Shown one piece after another: positions 26,201 through 41,200 of a stretch of 64,000 nucleotides of DNA; position 1 is the first letter of the stretch; each line of letters opens with the position of its first letter. Source of the DNA: Chrysomallon squamiferum (Eukaryota > Animalia > Mollusca); contig CM022679.1 in NCBI GenBank assembly GCA_012295275.1, forward strand, positions 30,380,001-30,444,000. Reading direction: 5' to 3'. Below the pieces are notes generated by a model. That model had not been told where the DNA came from. It saw only the letters and a program-made list of their open reading frames with translations, and ran no database searches. The position numbers and the translations under genes were made by a program.

Positions 26201-29200
26201 GGATTTAATAGGGAAGCAAGAAGGAATTTCATTCACCCAGAAAACAATGGTGATTGAGCATGCTGTCTCTTATGAGAGTGTCGAATCACCTAGTGAGGAA
26301 AGATCTTTTGCAAGTGACCAGGGAGTTCCTTATGAAACTCTAGAAAGAGAACAGGAACAGGAAGAACAGGAAATACCTTTAACACTTGAAGACAAGCCTA
26401 AAGAAATGGTTGAAACTGAAGAGCGTGCAGAACAAGCAGAAGGTCTGGAGAGTGCTTTTGATGAAACAAATTTGTATGAAGAAGAAATTGTTAAAGACAG
26501 AGAAATTTTCTTAATGCAGGAACTGCAAGAAGAAAGAGAAATAATTGAAGCCCAACACTATACTCAGGAATCTTTCCTGGACACTGAGATATTACTGACC
26601 CAGCAAGTTCAGGAATCTTTCCTGGACACTGAGATATTACTGACCCAGCAAGTTCAGGAAGAAGAAGAAATTTATGAAAAGAAAGAATATGAACAACAAA
26701 TAATAAAAGAAAAAGAAATGACTGTGACAGAAGAAATAAAAAAAGAAACAAAAATTGATACATACCAATATAAAGAAGAAATACATGAAACAATTACAAC
26801 TCATGAAGAAAGAGAAATTGTTGAATCAAAACTAGAGGAACGAAAAACTGAGGAGAAAGTTGTTTCAGAGGTTAAAGGTGTTGAGGAGTTAAGGTCAGAA
26901 GAGGAAACTATTGAAACAGAACAGTATAAATTGGATCAAGAAGAATATAAGAAATCAGTTGAAACATACTTTGATGAAGATGAATACAAAGAACCTGTTG
27001 AAACAGAACAGTATGAACAAGAACCAGAAGAATACAAAGAAACTGTTGAAACAGAACAGTATAAACAAGCACAAGAATACAAAGAACCTGTTGAAACAGA
27101 ACAGTATAAACAAGAACCAGAAGAATACAAAGAACCTGTTGAAACAGAACAGTATAAACAAGAACCTGAGGAATACAAAGAACCCATTGAAAAAGAACAA
27201 TATAAACAAGAAGGATTCAAAGAACCTGTTGAAACAGAACACTATGAACAAGAACCAGAAGAATACAAAGAAACTGTTGAAACAGAACAGTATGAACAAG
27301 AACCAGAATACAAAGAACCTGTTGAAACAGAACACTATGAACAAGAACCTGAAGAATACAAAGAACCTGTTGAAACGGAACACTATGAACAAGAACCAGA
27401 AGAATACAAAGAAACTGTTGAAACAGAACAGTATGAACAAGAACCAGAATACAAAGAACCTGTTGAAACAGAACACTATGAACAAGAACCTGAAGAATAC
27501 AAAGAACCTGAAGAATACAAAGAACCTGTTGAAACGGAACACTATGAACAAGAACCTGAAGAATACAAAGAAACTGTTGAAACAGAACAGTATAAACAAG
27601 AACCAGAAGGATACAAAGAACCTGTCGAAACAGAAGAGTATAAAGAAGAACCAGAAGAACACAAAGAACCTGTTGAAACAGAACAGTATAAACAAGAACC
27701 TGAGGAATACAAAGAACCTGTTGAAACAGAACAGTATAAACAAGAACCTGAGGAATACAAAGAACCTGTTGAAACAGAAGAGTATGAACAAGAACAAGAA
27801 TACGAAGAACCAGTTGAAACAGAACAGTATGAACAAGAACCTGAAGGATACAAAGAACCTGTCGAAACAGAAGAGTATAAAGAAGAACCAGAAGAACACA
27901 AAGAATCTGTTGAAACAGAAGAGTATGAACAAGAACAAGAACACGAAGAACAGTATAAAAAAGAACCAGAAGAATACAAAGAACCTATTGAAACAGAGCA
28001 GTATGAACAAAAACCAGAAGAATACAAAGAACCTGTTGAAACAGAACAGTATAAACAAGAACCAGAAGAATACAAAGAACCTGTTGAAACAGAACAGTAT
28101 AAACAAGAACCAGAAGAATACAAAGAACCTGTTGAAACAGAAGGATACAAAGAACCTGTTGAAACAGAACAGTATGAAAAAGAATACGAAGAACCAGTTG
28201 AAACAGAACAGTATAAGCAAGAACCAGAAGAATACAAAGGAACTGTTGAAACAGAAGGATACAAAGAACCTGTTGAAACAGAACAGTATGAACAAGAACC
28301 TGAAGAGTACAAAGAACCTGCTGAAACAGAACAGTATGAACAAGAACACGAAGAATACAAAGAAGCTGTTGAAACAGAACAGTACAAACAAGAACCAGAA
28401 GAATACAAAGAATCTGTTGAAACAGAACAGTATGAACAAGAACCAGAAGAATACAAAGAACCAGTTGAAACAGAACAGTATGAACAAGAACCAGAAGAAC
28501 ACAAAGAACCTGTTGAAACAGAACACTATGAACAAGAACCAGAAGAATATAAAGAACCTGTTGAAACAGAACAGTATAAACAAGAAGAAGAAGATGAAGA
28601 ATCTGTTGAAATAGAACAGTATAGGGAAAAACCAGAAGAATACAAGGAACCTGTTGAAACAGAACAGTATAAGCAAGAACCTGAAGAACTCAAAGAACAT
28701 ATTGAAGCAGAACAGTATGAACAAGAACCAGAATACAAAGAACCTGTTGAAATAGAACAGTATGAACAAGAACCAGAAGAATACAAACCTGTTGAAGCAG
28801 AACAGTATGAACAAGCACCAGAAGAATACAAAGAACCTGTTGAAACAGAGCAGTATGAACAAGAACCAGAAGAATACAAAGAACCTGTTGAAGCAGAACT
28901 GTATGAACAAGCACCAGAAGAATACAAAGAACCTGTTGAAACAGAGCAGTATGAAGAACAAGAAGAATATAAAGAACCTGTTGAAACAGAACAGTATAAA
29001 CAAGAACTAGAAGAATACAAAGAAACTGTTGAAACAGAGCAATATGAACAAGCACCAGAAGAATACAAAGAACCTGTTGAAACAAAACAGTATGAACAAG
29101 AACCAGAAGAATACAAAGAACCTGTTGAAGCAGAACAGTATGAAGAACCAGAAGAATACAAAGAACCTATTGAAACAGAACAGTATAAACAAGAACAAGA

Positions 29201-32200
29201 ATATGAAGAACCTGTTGAAATAGACCAGTATAGACAAGAACAAGAAGAATACAAAGAACCTGTTGAAACAGAGCTGTATGAAGAAGAACAAGAAGAATAT
29301 AAAGAACCTGTTGAAACAGAACAGTATAAACAAGAACCAGAAGAATACAAAGAAACTGTTGAAACAGAGCAATATGAACAAGCACCAGAAGAATACAAAG
29401 AATCTGTTGAAACAGAGCAGTATGAACAAGAACCAGAAGAATATAAAGAACCTGTTGAAACAGAACAGTATGAACAAGAACCAGAAGAATATAAAGAACC
29501 TGTTGAAACAGAACAGTATGAACAAGAACCAGAAGAATATAAAGAACCTGTTGAAACAGAACAGTTTGAACAAGAACCAGAAGAATATAAAGAACCTGTT
29601 GAAACAGAACAGTATGAACAAGAACCAGAAGAATATAAAGAACCTGTTTTGAAGTATGAACAAGAACCAGAAGAATATAAAGAACCTGTTGAAACAGAAC
29701 AGTTTGAACAAGAACCAGAAGAATATAAAGAACCTGTTGAAACAGAACAGTATGAACAAGAACCAGAAGAATATAAAGAACCTGTTGAAACAGAACAGTA
29801 TGAACAAGAACCAGAAGAATATAAAGAACCTGTTGAAACAGAACAGTATGAACAAGAACCAGAATACAAAGAACCAGTTGAAACAGAACAGTATGAACAA
29901 GAACCAGAAGAATACAAAGAACCTGTTGAAACAGAGCAGTATGAACAAGAACCAGAAGAATACAAAGAACCTGTTGAAACAGAGCAGTATGAACATGCAC
30001 CAGAAGAATATAAAGAACCTGTTGAAATAGAACAGTATAAACAAGAGGAATATAAAGAAATATTTGAAACAGAATACTATGAACAGGAACAATATAAAGA
30101 AACTGTTGAAACAAAAGATTATGAAGAGGAACATTACCAAGAAACTGTTGAAACAAAACTGTTTAAAGAACATGAAGAACACAAAGAATCTGTGGAAAGA
30201 AAACATTATGAAGAAGAAGCTAAAGAAGTTGTTGAAACAGACCTGTATGAAGAAAAGCTAGAAATAGCAAAAGAACATCTTGAGACAGAACACTATGAAA
30301 CAGAAGAATATGAAGAATCTACTGAAACACAACAGTATGAACAGGAACAATATGAAAAATATGTTGAAAGAGAACATTATGAACAAGAATACAAACAGTC
30401 AGTTGAAACAGAACAAGAACATTATAAAGAACTTCTAGAAACAGAGCAGTATGAACAAGAGGAAGCTGTAGAAACTGTTGCAACAGAACAAGAACAATAT
30501 AAAGAACCTGTAGAAATAGAACAGTATGAAAAAGAAGGTGAAAAAACTGTTGAAACAGAACAAGAAATCATTGAAGAAGAAAGTGCAAAAGACACAACAT
30601 TTGAGCAATATCTTGTTCCAGATACAGAAATCTTTATGATGCAAGAACTTCAGGAAGAAAGAGAAATTGTTGAAAAAGAAGGAATTGTTGTGACCACTGA
30701 AGAGAAAGAAATTGTGGAAGAATACAAACATGAAATTTCTACAACAGTTCATGCAGAAGAAAAAGAAACTGCTGAAGAACACAAAGAGGAAATTATACAA
30801 GACAAAGAAATAGTGTTTACTGAAGGAGTTAAAGAAGAAAGATTTGATGAAACTCCAGCTTGGGATTTTGAAGAGAAAACTGAAGAGTTTAAACACAAAA
30901 CAACTGAAATGAAAGAAACATTCAGGTTGGAAGAACAAATTGAAACAAAGGAATTTACTGAAAGAGAAACATTTGAACAGGTTGAAACACTTCATGAAAT
31001 AGAAAGAGTGGAAGAAGAATACAGAAAAGATTCTATTCATGATACAGAAATACATTTTAGACACGACATCACAACACAAGAACGATACATCCTCACTACA
31101 GAGGATCAAGCAGAAGAAACAGAAACTGCCCAGGATGAAGACAAAATGTTAACAAAAGAAGCCAGTGAAGAAAGAGATGCAGAAAAATATGGGGAAGAAC
31201 TGATTGAGGAATCAGCCACTTATGAAGAATACAAGGAAAGCATGGAGGCAGAACAATACAGAAAGGAGACAGAAATTGACAGAATTAATCTAGAAGAAGA
31301 AAAGGAAATAGATGAAAAAGAAACAGAAATAAGACAAGAAGAAGAGTTGTTACCTGAAGAAGAGACAGATGCCTTTGTGAAGGAGTCTGTTGAAGCTGAA
31401 GAGTTTAGAGAGGAATATGAGTACAAAACAGAGTCTCCAAAACCTGAACAAGACGTTCCCAAAGATGTTACAGCAGTTGCTGTACCAATAGTTCCTCCTG
31501 ACACAGAAATATTCCTCATACAGGAACTGCAAGAAGAGCGAGAAATTTTAGAAATATCAGAGACAATTACTAAAGAAAAAGAAATTGTTGAAACTGAACA
31601 GTATAAAGAAGAAACCACACAAGATAAAGAAATATTTGTGACCCAAGAACATGAAGAACATGAACACGAAACAGTTGAGGACACAGAAACATCTTTTACA
31701 CAGGTCTGTGAAGAAATAGAAAGAGTTGAAACCAAAATCACTCAAGATTCAGACATGACAATAACTAAAGAATTTCAGAAAGAAAGTGAAGAATCTGGTG
31801 AGGAATCTGACAAAGACAGGCACGAGGAAGAGCCTGTTTTAGTTACTGACAGGTTTATTGATAGAAAGGAAACATTTACATCAGAGGAACGTGAAGTAGA
31901 AATACCATCACCAGAAAGTGAAACTGAGGAAGGAGGATTCCCAGATAGATTCATAGACAGAAAGGAGTACTTCATTGAAGAAATTCTGGATGTTTTAGAT
32001 CATGAAACTTCTGCCAAAGATGGTTCACTGGATTTAAAAGCAACTTTCAGTGGATTACCAGACATTGCTGCTTCAGAAGGTTCAGCAGGACGAGAACCAA
32101 AATCTGAAGAAGGTGAATCTGCTGGATTTTCAGGAGGTAAACAAGCAGAGGATATGCACATGACAACTGAACAAGAGATTACTGATTCCAAGAGTTCTCA

Positions 32201-35200
32201 TCTCAAAGCTGACAGACAGCCCTCTCCTACCCATTATACTGATGACTCGCACCTACTCACATTAGAAACAGATACCCACTCAGCTATGGAAGAGTCTGAT
32301 ATCCAGGTTTCTCAGACAACCATGGAAGAATCAGATGCTCCAGCTGATGATGAAATGGAACCTGAAGGCAGAATTACTGCTGACACATCACAGCAGATAT
32401 TCATAGAACAAAGTATTCAGTCACACAAATTACACAAACATGAACATTATCCATCGGATGATGAAGAAGAAGACTATGACAGACCACCATCACCCTCAGA
32501 ATTTACTCTTGTTGAATCCCATGACAATGAACAATTAGCCCGAGCTCTAGGAATAAACCAAGAGGATGAAGAGCCAGTGGCTGTGTCTGAAGAACCAGCC
32601 TCTAGTGATGGGCTAGAATCTGATGTTGAGGATGAAACTGATTTACGACCCCCTTCTCCAACTGAATATACTCTTGTAGCTTCACAGGACCAAGATGCTC
32701 TTGCCAAAGCGCTGGAACCATCACCAGCACCAGCTGATGGTTATATGGACCCCTTGATGATGCAGTCTCTTGATCAAGATGCATTAAGTGAAGCTTTAGG
32801 TCTGAAAGATAGCTCTGTTGAACATCAAGATCTAACATCGGCTTCTGATGACACTCAAGGTATCAGTATCATAATGATGGAGTCCATGGACTCAGATGCC
32901 ATGAGCAAAGCTTTGGGATTAGACCAAGATGAAACCAGTGGAAAGTTTGTATCTGACAGACAAGAAATGGGTGATCTGATGATGGCGTCACATGACTCTG
33001 AAGCAATGAGCAGAGCTTTAATGTTAGAACATGATTCACTCACACCTTATAAAGCAGACGAAGAAAAAATGTCACCTGATTCTCTGCTTGATGAAACACC
33101 AGCAATCAGTGCTTCAATGATGGAATCCTATGATTCTGAAGCTTTAACAAAAGCTTTAGGCTTAGAGGATGAACAGAAAACTGCAGAGAAGTCTTATGAC
33201 AGTGTATTATCCTCTGATCATGACACATCTACTAGGAAACCAGATTCTGAGGAAGTTTCACCTAGTGAAGAATTCCCTTCAGAACATAAGGAAGGTGTTA
33301 TGCCAGAGTTTGAGGTTCATGATGCAGTGTTGAGTAGACCAACTGAACAGGAGCAAGCATTGGACAGGGATGAATGTGATGAAGGCTTTGGAGCAGAAAC
33401 AGACATACAAGGTAGAAACTGTTACTGAAATATTTCCCATTAGAATTTTATGCACACAGTATAACTTTTTATTGGAAAATTGACACAACATATTTCAATT
33501 TTTGTCCACAATTTATCTTTATATTAAAGTATTTGCACCAAACATTTCTAATCCTTGCATGTATACAAATTAAGTTTGTACAATAATGCTGGCCATATCT
33601 CATAATGTAGGTCTCAAATCTGTTACAGCAAATTTCTTTCTGGTAAATTTTATATTTATACTAAGATACAGAAAAAAAAACCAAAAACCAAATACAAAAT
33701 GCCAAATACATTTTGTTTAATATTGTTAAAATTAATAGCTTCTTGAACATGGTTCAACCAATTTTACTGTTAAATATTTTGTAATAAATGTGGCTTAATG
33801 CTTTGCAAATTCATTTCCTCTAGTAACTTTGATAGTCCGTTTGTGGCTTTTGTGAAAATGCTAATCTTGGTGGATTATCCTTCTACATCAGTTTGCTCAT
33901 GATAACACAATTTGAATTTTTTTGGCCTACTACCTTTTAATTTTTATTACTTTAAAAATAAATAAGTAATGATATATATATTTTTTTATCTTAGTTATTG
34001 ATTATTTTACAAAATCTCCACATAGTTTAGCTTTTCTTACTTCACAGAAATTATTTTTTTTTTGTTGCTTCATATTTGAAATTATGTTGCTAAAAACTGG
34101 TTGGGGGAATTCATCCCTTTTATTCTTTTAAAAATACGTTTTTCATCTCCATTCACAAAAAAAAAGAAAAATAATAATAAACATTAGAGACATATAAGTA
34201 AATTTGATACAGTTAGATAAAGAAGTCTAATCATTCTCAAATACTCTTTGTTTAACCAGATGACGAAAAAGTAGCAACAGTCCCAACAACTGGGCAGGAT
34301 TTATTAATTCAGCCATCAGATGACTTGTTAGAACCTACTGCCGAAACTCAGTCCTCACACTCAAGTGAAATTGCAATAATGCAAAGTCTTGACCAGTCAT
34401 CAAACAACAACACAATGTCAACATCAGGGTCAGAACTGGGAGAACAACAACAGATCACTGAGCCTACTGCTCAGAATGAAGAGGATATTTTAAAACCCTC
34501 AGTGACTGAAGATTATGCCATGGTGTCAAGCTATGAACAGATCTATCAAGGAATAACTCTGGAGTCCGATTTGGCTCCCGATCCTAATCTAGTTGTTGAA
34601 GTAGGGGATCATTTTGATACTAAACATACAGATCTCCATTTACAATCTCTTGGACGAGCCTCTAGTTTTGAGGAATTGTACACACAAGCAGGAATCACTG
34701 AAGTTGGCCATGTTGGAAAAGGTGAAGGTGAGTCTATCGCCATCCAGTTTGTGCTTCCGTATATTGGCATGTATGCTTCACGTTTGTGAACTGCATGCCA
34801 TTTGTGCATTTTTACTTCCTCACATCTCGTAGAAATTTTGGATCTGGGAGCACATGATGAATTTTCTGTTAACATTTTGTTTTATCCCAAAAAAGAGAGA
34901 GAAAAAGAAAAAAAAAAAAAAAGAACAGAAAAAAAGAAGTTTGTAATGAATGAGCTGCTGGAAATAAGAATAGTGAGAAAGAGAAAAGAGAGAAAAAAGT
35001 GACAAAATGCTGGAGATGATATACTATTTATTTTTTATTTTTTTTTGAAATCCCTCCAGTAGCTTGATGGTGCATGCTGAAAAATAAGCCAAGCTTTGTA
35101 GTCCAAGCCATTCCACTTGTTATGCTTTTTTTTCCTTTCTTTTTATTGTTATTTCTTTTTTCTATTATTGAATTGAATTTTGGAAAAACCCCATAAATTT

Positions 35201-38200
35201 GTTTAATTTTGTCTTCTATTTCAACTATTTGTCTTTTGTTGATTTACTATTTTGTTTCTTTCAGCACTGTTAATTGTCCCTCTTTTTGCAGGACATGCAT
35301 GAAGGCGTAGTTGAATTTATTGTAAAATTGCACTTACATTTGTCTTGATGTTGTATGAGTATCTTTAAAACAGGGCTTGAAAAACTTGTTGTATATTTTG
35401 TCAAATGTCTGTGATATTTTGTGCTTGTTTGTATTGTTTTGTATTAATTGCGGCTTGATGCTGTTTCAAGTCTTGCCTTTAGACTGATTTAATGTTTCAG
35501 ACGTGCAACTAAGAACACTTAATGTTAATCAGTGATAGATACTAACATTAATAAATTATAAAATTATTTTGAAGATTACTTAAGCTTTAAAAGATTAAGT
35601 TGTGTAATATGATTTTTAATCTGTATTAGTAATTATATTGTTATAATATTAGAAACATGTATTTTTAGAATCTTAATACAGTGATATGACCTTTTAATAA
35701 TATTAATATCTTCTCCTTTTTTCTTTCTTTTTTTTGTCCATTTTCATCTGTTCATAATTTGAAAATGTTAAGATATTTAGATAACTAAATACGAAAATTG
35801 AATTAACCCTTTACACTTACCCAGTTTTTGTTTTCAAAGCAGAGTTAATTAAAAGGAAGAGTTTAACTTATTTAACTGATACACTGTGAAATTCCAGCTG
35901 TTTTAAATTTGGTATATACATGGATTCTTCTGATACAATCATTAATGTTCTTTCATTCAGATTAATGATTCATAATTAATAATTTCATGAATATATGCCA
36001 TGTTCATCTCATTTCTAAGCATAATGTAATAACTCTAAAATAGTATAATATTAATAACCAAAACAATTTAACAGTGTTCATTTTTAATATTACAAAAAAG
36101 TTCTAAAAAAATAAAATAAAAAATATATATATATTAACCTTTTTACTTACATTTGCACATAAACTAATTTTAATTTTTTTAAAATAAATTTTATCATCAC
36201 AATGCATTTAACTAAGCTGTACCAAAATAACAGTTTCATATTTAATCATATTTGTTTCACATTGACAATTTATAATTTTTCAAGCCCTGAGTTACATGCT
36301 TTCTTACGTGTTTTTTTTTTGTCACCCATTTTCAACATGACAATAATTTATTTTTTTGCTGCCAGACTTTGAGTCAGGGAAAGATGCTATGGATAAGCTT
36401 AGCACCTCCAGCTCTGAGGTGGCTCAGCTTGAAGATGTTATTGATGACAAAGGTACACCTTGACCTCATAGTTTTTAGTTTTTCCCTCATACATTTTTCT
36501 CTTTTAGTTGTTCACCTCTTAACACTCAGATTCTCTCAGTATCTCGTTATTTTGACACAAATGGAAACATTTGACCTTTGCAGGTTTTATTTATTTGCAT
36601 GTAGTCATTTTATTTATTTTTCTTTTTGCCTCAGAAAATTTTCAGTTGCAGTATATATATCAAAAATTGTATATAATTTTTTTAAATTTTTTATTATTAT
36701 TTCTTAAAATATTTTGGCCCTTTTAACTATAATATTTTTTGTTGAAAACTTTTCTATCTTTATGTTTACAAATGAAATAATGCTTTATTTTAATATCTTT
36801 TATCTGATATATAATATTGATAAGCAGACTGTTATGTTTCATGCATTCTATATGGTCTTGATTCTGTTAAAATATTTAATACCAAAATAAGCATGATAAA
36901 CTAACCCAAAAGAAAAGAAAAAAAAAAAAAATTAACAAAAAAAAAAAAGTTCTAAAGATTTCGGAGTGAAATACATCAAAATGAAATTAATTTGAAGCAA
37001 AGTTGTTCTATCTTTGCTTTGCCACTTCTATTTTCATAGATGCTGAAATGCGTGAAACCAGCGAGGAAAAAACTGAGGAAACAGATGTGGAAGAACAGTT
37101 CTCGCCCCTTACTAAAAGCTCCCCTGCAAAACAAGCCCTAGATCTTGAACTTACCCCTGAAAAATCTTTCTTTCCTGAAACCTCACCAGACTTATTAACA
37201 TCCTCTGATCATCAACTTGTTGGTGATTCTAGTGTACTAACTGTTACTAACACTTTACTAGTAGGTCCCTCCCCCACTGACCAACTGTGCACTATTGGGG
37301 AAGATGATGATGGAAGTGGGCAGGTTATGAAAGAGTCAGTTGAATTAGATGAAACAGAAATGGAACAAAGACTAGCTGTCTTCAGTGAGGACAATACAGT
37401 GGACAGTTTGAATGAGTCTGATCACGAGAGACAAAAAGTACTGATCACTCAAGAACGTCCAACTGTAGACAGTCCAACTTCTGAACTATATCATGGCACT
37501 GAACTCATTAGCCATGATGATAAATCTGAAATGAAACATGAAGTTCAAGCAGAATGTGTCATTTCAACTGAATTTGAAAGTGATCAGAAAACAACAGATC
37601 TGATCGACTTTAAGACAGAGCCTAACATTGGAAGAGAAGAATCAGTTGAATCTTATGGAGAAGCAGACACAGATGCTGAATCACATTTGACATACATGGC
37701 TTTTGATAATATGGCTTTCTCTGCAGATGATTCAGAACAAGGAGCTATAGGTATGAGTGCCCAAGCTTCTGTCCCAAAACAGTTACTTCAGAAACAGGAC
37801 ACAAAGGAAATATCACCAGAGGATTTGGAAGAAAAACCTTTTACCTTTGATTTTCAAGACGATTATGTGAAACACAGTGATGAACATCACGAAGTTGTAT
37901 CTGAAATTGACAGGGTTGAGAGAACAGTAGAAAAACGGAGATACACTGAAGAGAGGGAGGACTATTCCAGAGAGATCTCACACATTAGTGAAACTCATGA
38001 GTCATTAATAACAGAAACGAAAGAAACTTCAGAAATATTTCACACCCATGTAAAATCTGAAACAGAGCAAACTTTTGAAACTGCAGAGCAAATAACATCT
38101 AGAACTGAGAGCACAGAAACTAGAGAAGAAATAAAATCTGAAACACAGCAAACTTTTGAAACTGCAGAGCAAATAACATCTAGAACTGAGAGCACAGAAA

Positions 38201-41200
38201 CTAGAGAAGAAATAAAATCTGAAACACAGCAAACTTTTGAAACTGCAGAGCAAATAACATCTAGAACTGAGAGCACAGAAACTAGAGAAGAAATAAAATC
38301 TGATTTACTAAAAGATGAGGAATCTAGACTTGACTCAAAGGAAGAAAAACACGAGATAGATGAAGCTGTTTCATTAGCTACTCCAGACCTTATACAGGAT
38401 CTCCAGGCATCAGCTTCTGGTCAAGAAACTGAACAAATGGATGAAAGTTCATCTGACAGTAGTACTGATAAAGACTTGGAAGTCTTTGATGAAGCTGCTG
38501 GAACATTCTTTACTATACCATGGGAAGTGGCCCATCAGTTTAAAAGACAGTTCTCAGAATCACTGATAGAACAGGAAAAGAAAACATCTTTCAAAACATG
38601 TCAGACTATTGATCTGGGAACATTTTACAGAAGGACTGACAAAGATGCTAATGATTACCCTGAAGTTAGTTTTACTGAAGTTAATGTTGACTTATCATCT
38701 CTCACAGAAACAGAAACTTCAAAATCAACCTTTTCAAGATCAAAACAGGTAACTTTCCGTTTGTCAGATAGTGAATACTTGGAGGAAGAAGAAACAAGGA
38801 CAGGCTTTGACATTCCTACTGAACCTTCTCATGTATTTGAACCTCATGATTTAATAGAAAAAACTCATGAAGCAGAAGTTATGTTCACAATCATAGAAAA
38901 TCGACGAAATGTAAAGGAAGAAATAGCCAAAAAGGAGACTTCAGAATACTTTTCTCCATTTAAAGAGTTTGACAAATTTATAGCTCAGACTTTTTCTGAA
39001 GTGCAAGATGAAGGCCACAAAGAAGACACAATGGATTCCTACATGTCTGCACAATCTGCTCTTGTTACATCAACAGAGACACACTATCACTCAGAAATGT
39101 CTTCTTCTTCTAAATTAGTTCGAGAAGACAGCACAGATAGCAAACCAGATGATCAGTTATTTCCAGTTCAGCCAACATCTGTAAGTATAGTCAGCAAGGA
39201 ATCTAGACTGGCACAGCAGGAACTGTTGCAAGAGATGGGTGATGAAAAGGACAGATCAGTGTCACCATCTGTTGACAGTGAGGAGCTGTCCACTACATAT
39301 GAAAGCCAGTCTGAGCTTCAGGAGGAGTTCGGCTGCCATCCACCTAGTAAGTTCCCCATGGCTGTGCATAACTTGGGAAAAGCTTTGGTGGACAATGAAA
39401 TCTATGAATCTTCAGAGACAGAAAAAGATTCCACAGAGGAGAAGCTTTCTCCTATAGAGGAAGCCCCATCAGGGGAAATGATGGATGAAATGTCTGGTGA
39501 CTCAAGTCTAAAACAGAGCCAAGCTGAGAGAAAGGTTACTTTTCAGACAGATACATTGGCAGCCAGAAGCAGTGAACTGCACAGTGAGGATATAAAAACA
39601 TCTACATCATCTTCAGATGTTTCTGTTGAACCCACTTTGTTAGCAGCATCATATGACCTCGACACAGGAAATGTTTCACGTGTTGTCACAGCATATGACA
39701 TTTCTCCTGATTCTGTAGACAAACAAACCATTCCTGAGATTCCAGCTAAATCGATTCTTTCAAGTCCAGAGGATGATGTTTTTGAAACTGATGCTTCTGC
39801 TGTCACTCCAACCATGGAGGAAGAAGACAGTGTAATCATGGTATCAAGTAAATTAAGTTCGGGCTCTGAACTGTTTCCATCTCCTCCAGCTCCCACACCA
39901 CAGGATCCAACATCCATGGAAACATGTGATCTATCTAGTGCCAGTTCAAAACTTGAACAGATAAAATCTGAACAGCCTGATGATGATACATCTAAATCCG
40001 AAACTCCTGTTACAGAAAATGCACCTGATGACAACTTGATAAAAGAAGATGATATCGGTTCACCTTTTGAAATTATGTCTCCAAGTGAACTGGCTGATAC
40101 AGGTTTCTCATCTGCTGTCACTGCTCAGATATCTCCAGAAATTGAATATGAAAGTGAACAGGAGGCAGTCATATTACCAAATGGTCCTACAGAGGTAGAA
40201 TACAATGCAAAATATGACAGTGACTTTGTAGATGTTGAGGAGCATCATACAGAACAATATTCAGAAGAAATAACAGAACATCAAACAGAGGAAGTAACAG
40301 AACCTTTAGAAAGCCAGATGCCTCAATATGACAGTTCCACCATGCACACAACATTGTCTTTTACAGATGAGCCAAAAGATGACAAAGAACACGCTCTAAC
40401 CAGTTCAGAACAAACTTTGTATGGTTTTGAAATGCCATCTGATGAAGTGGGAGCGACATTAACATCATATTCTTTCAAAGAGTGTAGTACAGCAGTTGAC
40501 TTTGATCAGTCATCTGACATGACACAACCACCAGCAGAAATAACATTTAAGACAGATGAGACTCTTACAGGAGATGGTTCTGGCACATACAAAGCAGAAG
40601 ATTATGTTTCACCCGAAGAGACATACCATGCTGATGATGAATCAGGAAAACATTCTATTGATAAAGAGTCAGTCTATCCTGGTAAGAGAGCACTGGAAAT
40701 AGATGAATCACTGGTAGCAACTTCTGAATATGCCACTGACTTACTTGGAGCAGAGGAACCAGAAAACTATTACTCAGCAAGTGATGATGAATTTGATGAA
40801 TATAAACCTGATGCTACTGATGCTATGGAAGAAGCAGCTGATTATGAAGAATATAAATCTCCCTCTGGCTTCATGGAAGAAGAAGTTTACCAAGAAACTG
40901 AAGAAAAGGAACCTGCACAAGCATCTGAAATTGTTATAAAAGAGGAAGAATTTGCTGAAACAACTGAGGAAGAATTGATTTGTTTAGATGATGGTAAGCA
41001 AGAATCAGAGGCAGACGAACATGAGTCACGGATGCACATTGATCTGCATACAACAACAGAGTTAATGGCTGGGTACACAGATTTGGAGAGGCCATTGTCT
41101 CCTACTCCAGATGCTTCACAACAGGAATATTTCTCTGAAAAACCTCAAAAGGAATCTCCTCGTCAACCTCTAACACCAGCAGAAGAGAAAATTATAGAGA

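Noticed and set aside
26911-30261. Long alternative-frame and antisense ORFs (KNLLKQNS, FILFCFNRFF, YCSVSTGSL repeats, up to 682 aa)
   Set aside because: Shadows of the 48-nt coding repeat, confined to the array, with no independent gene signals.
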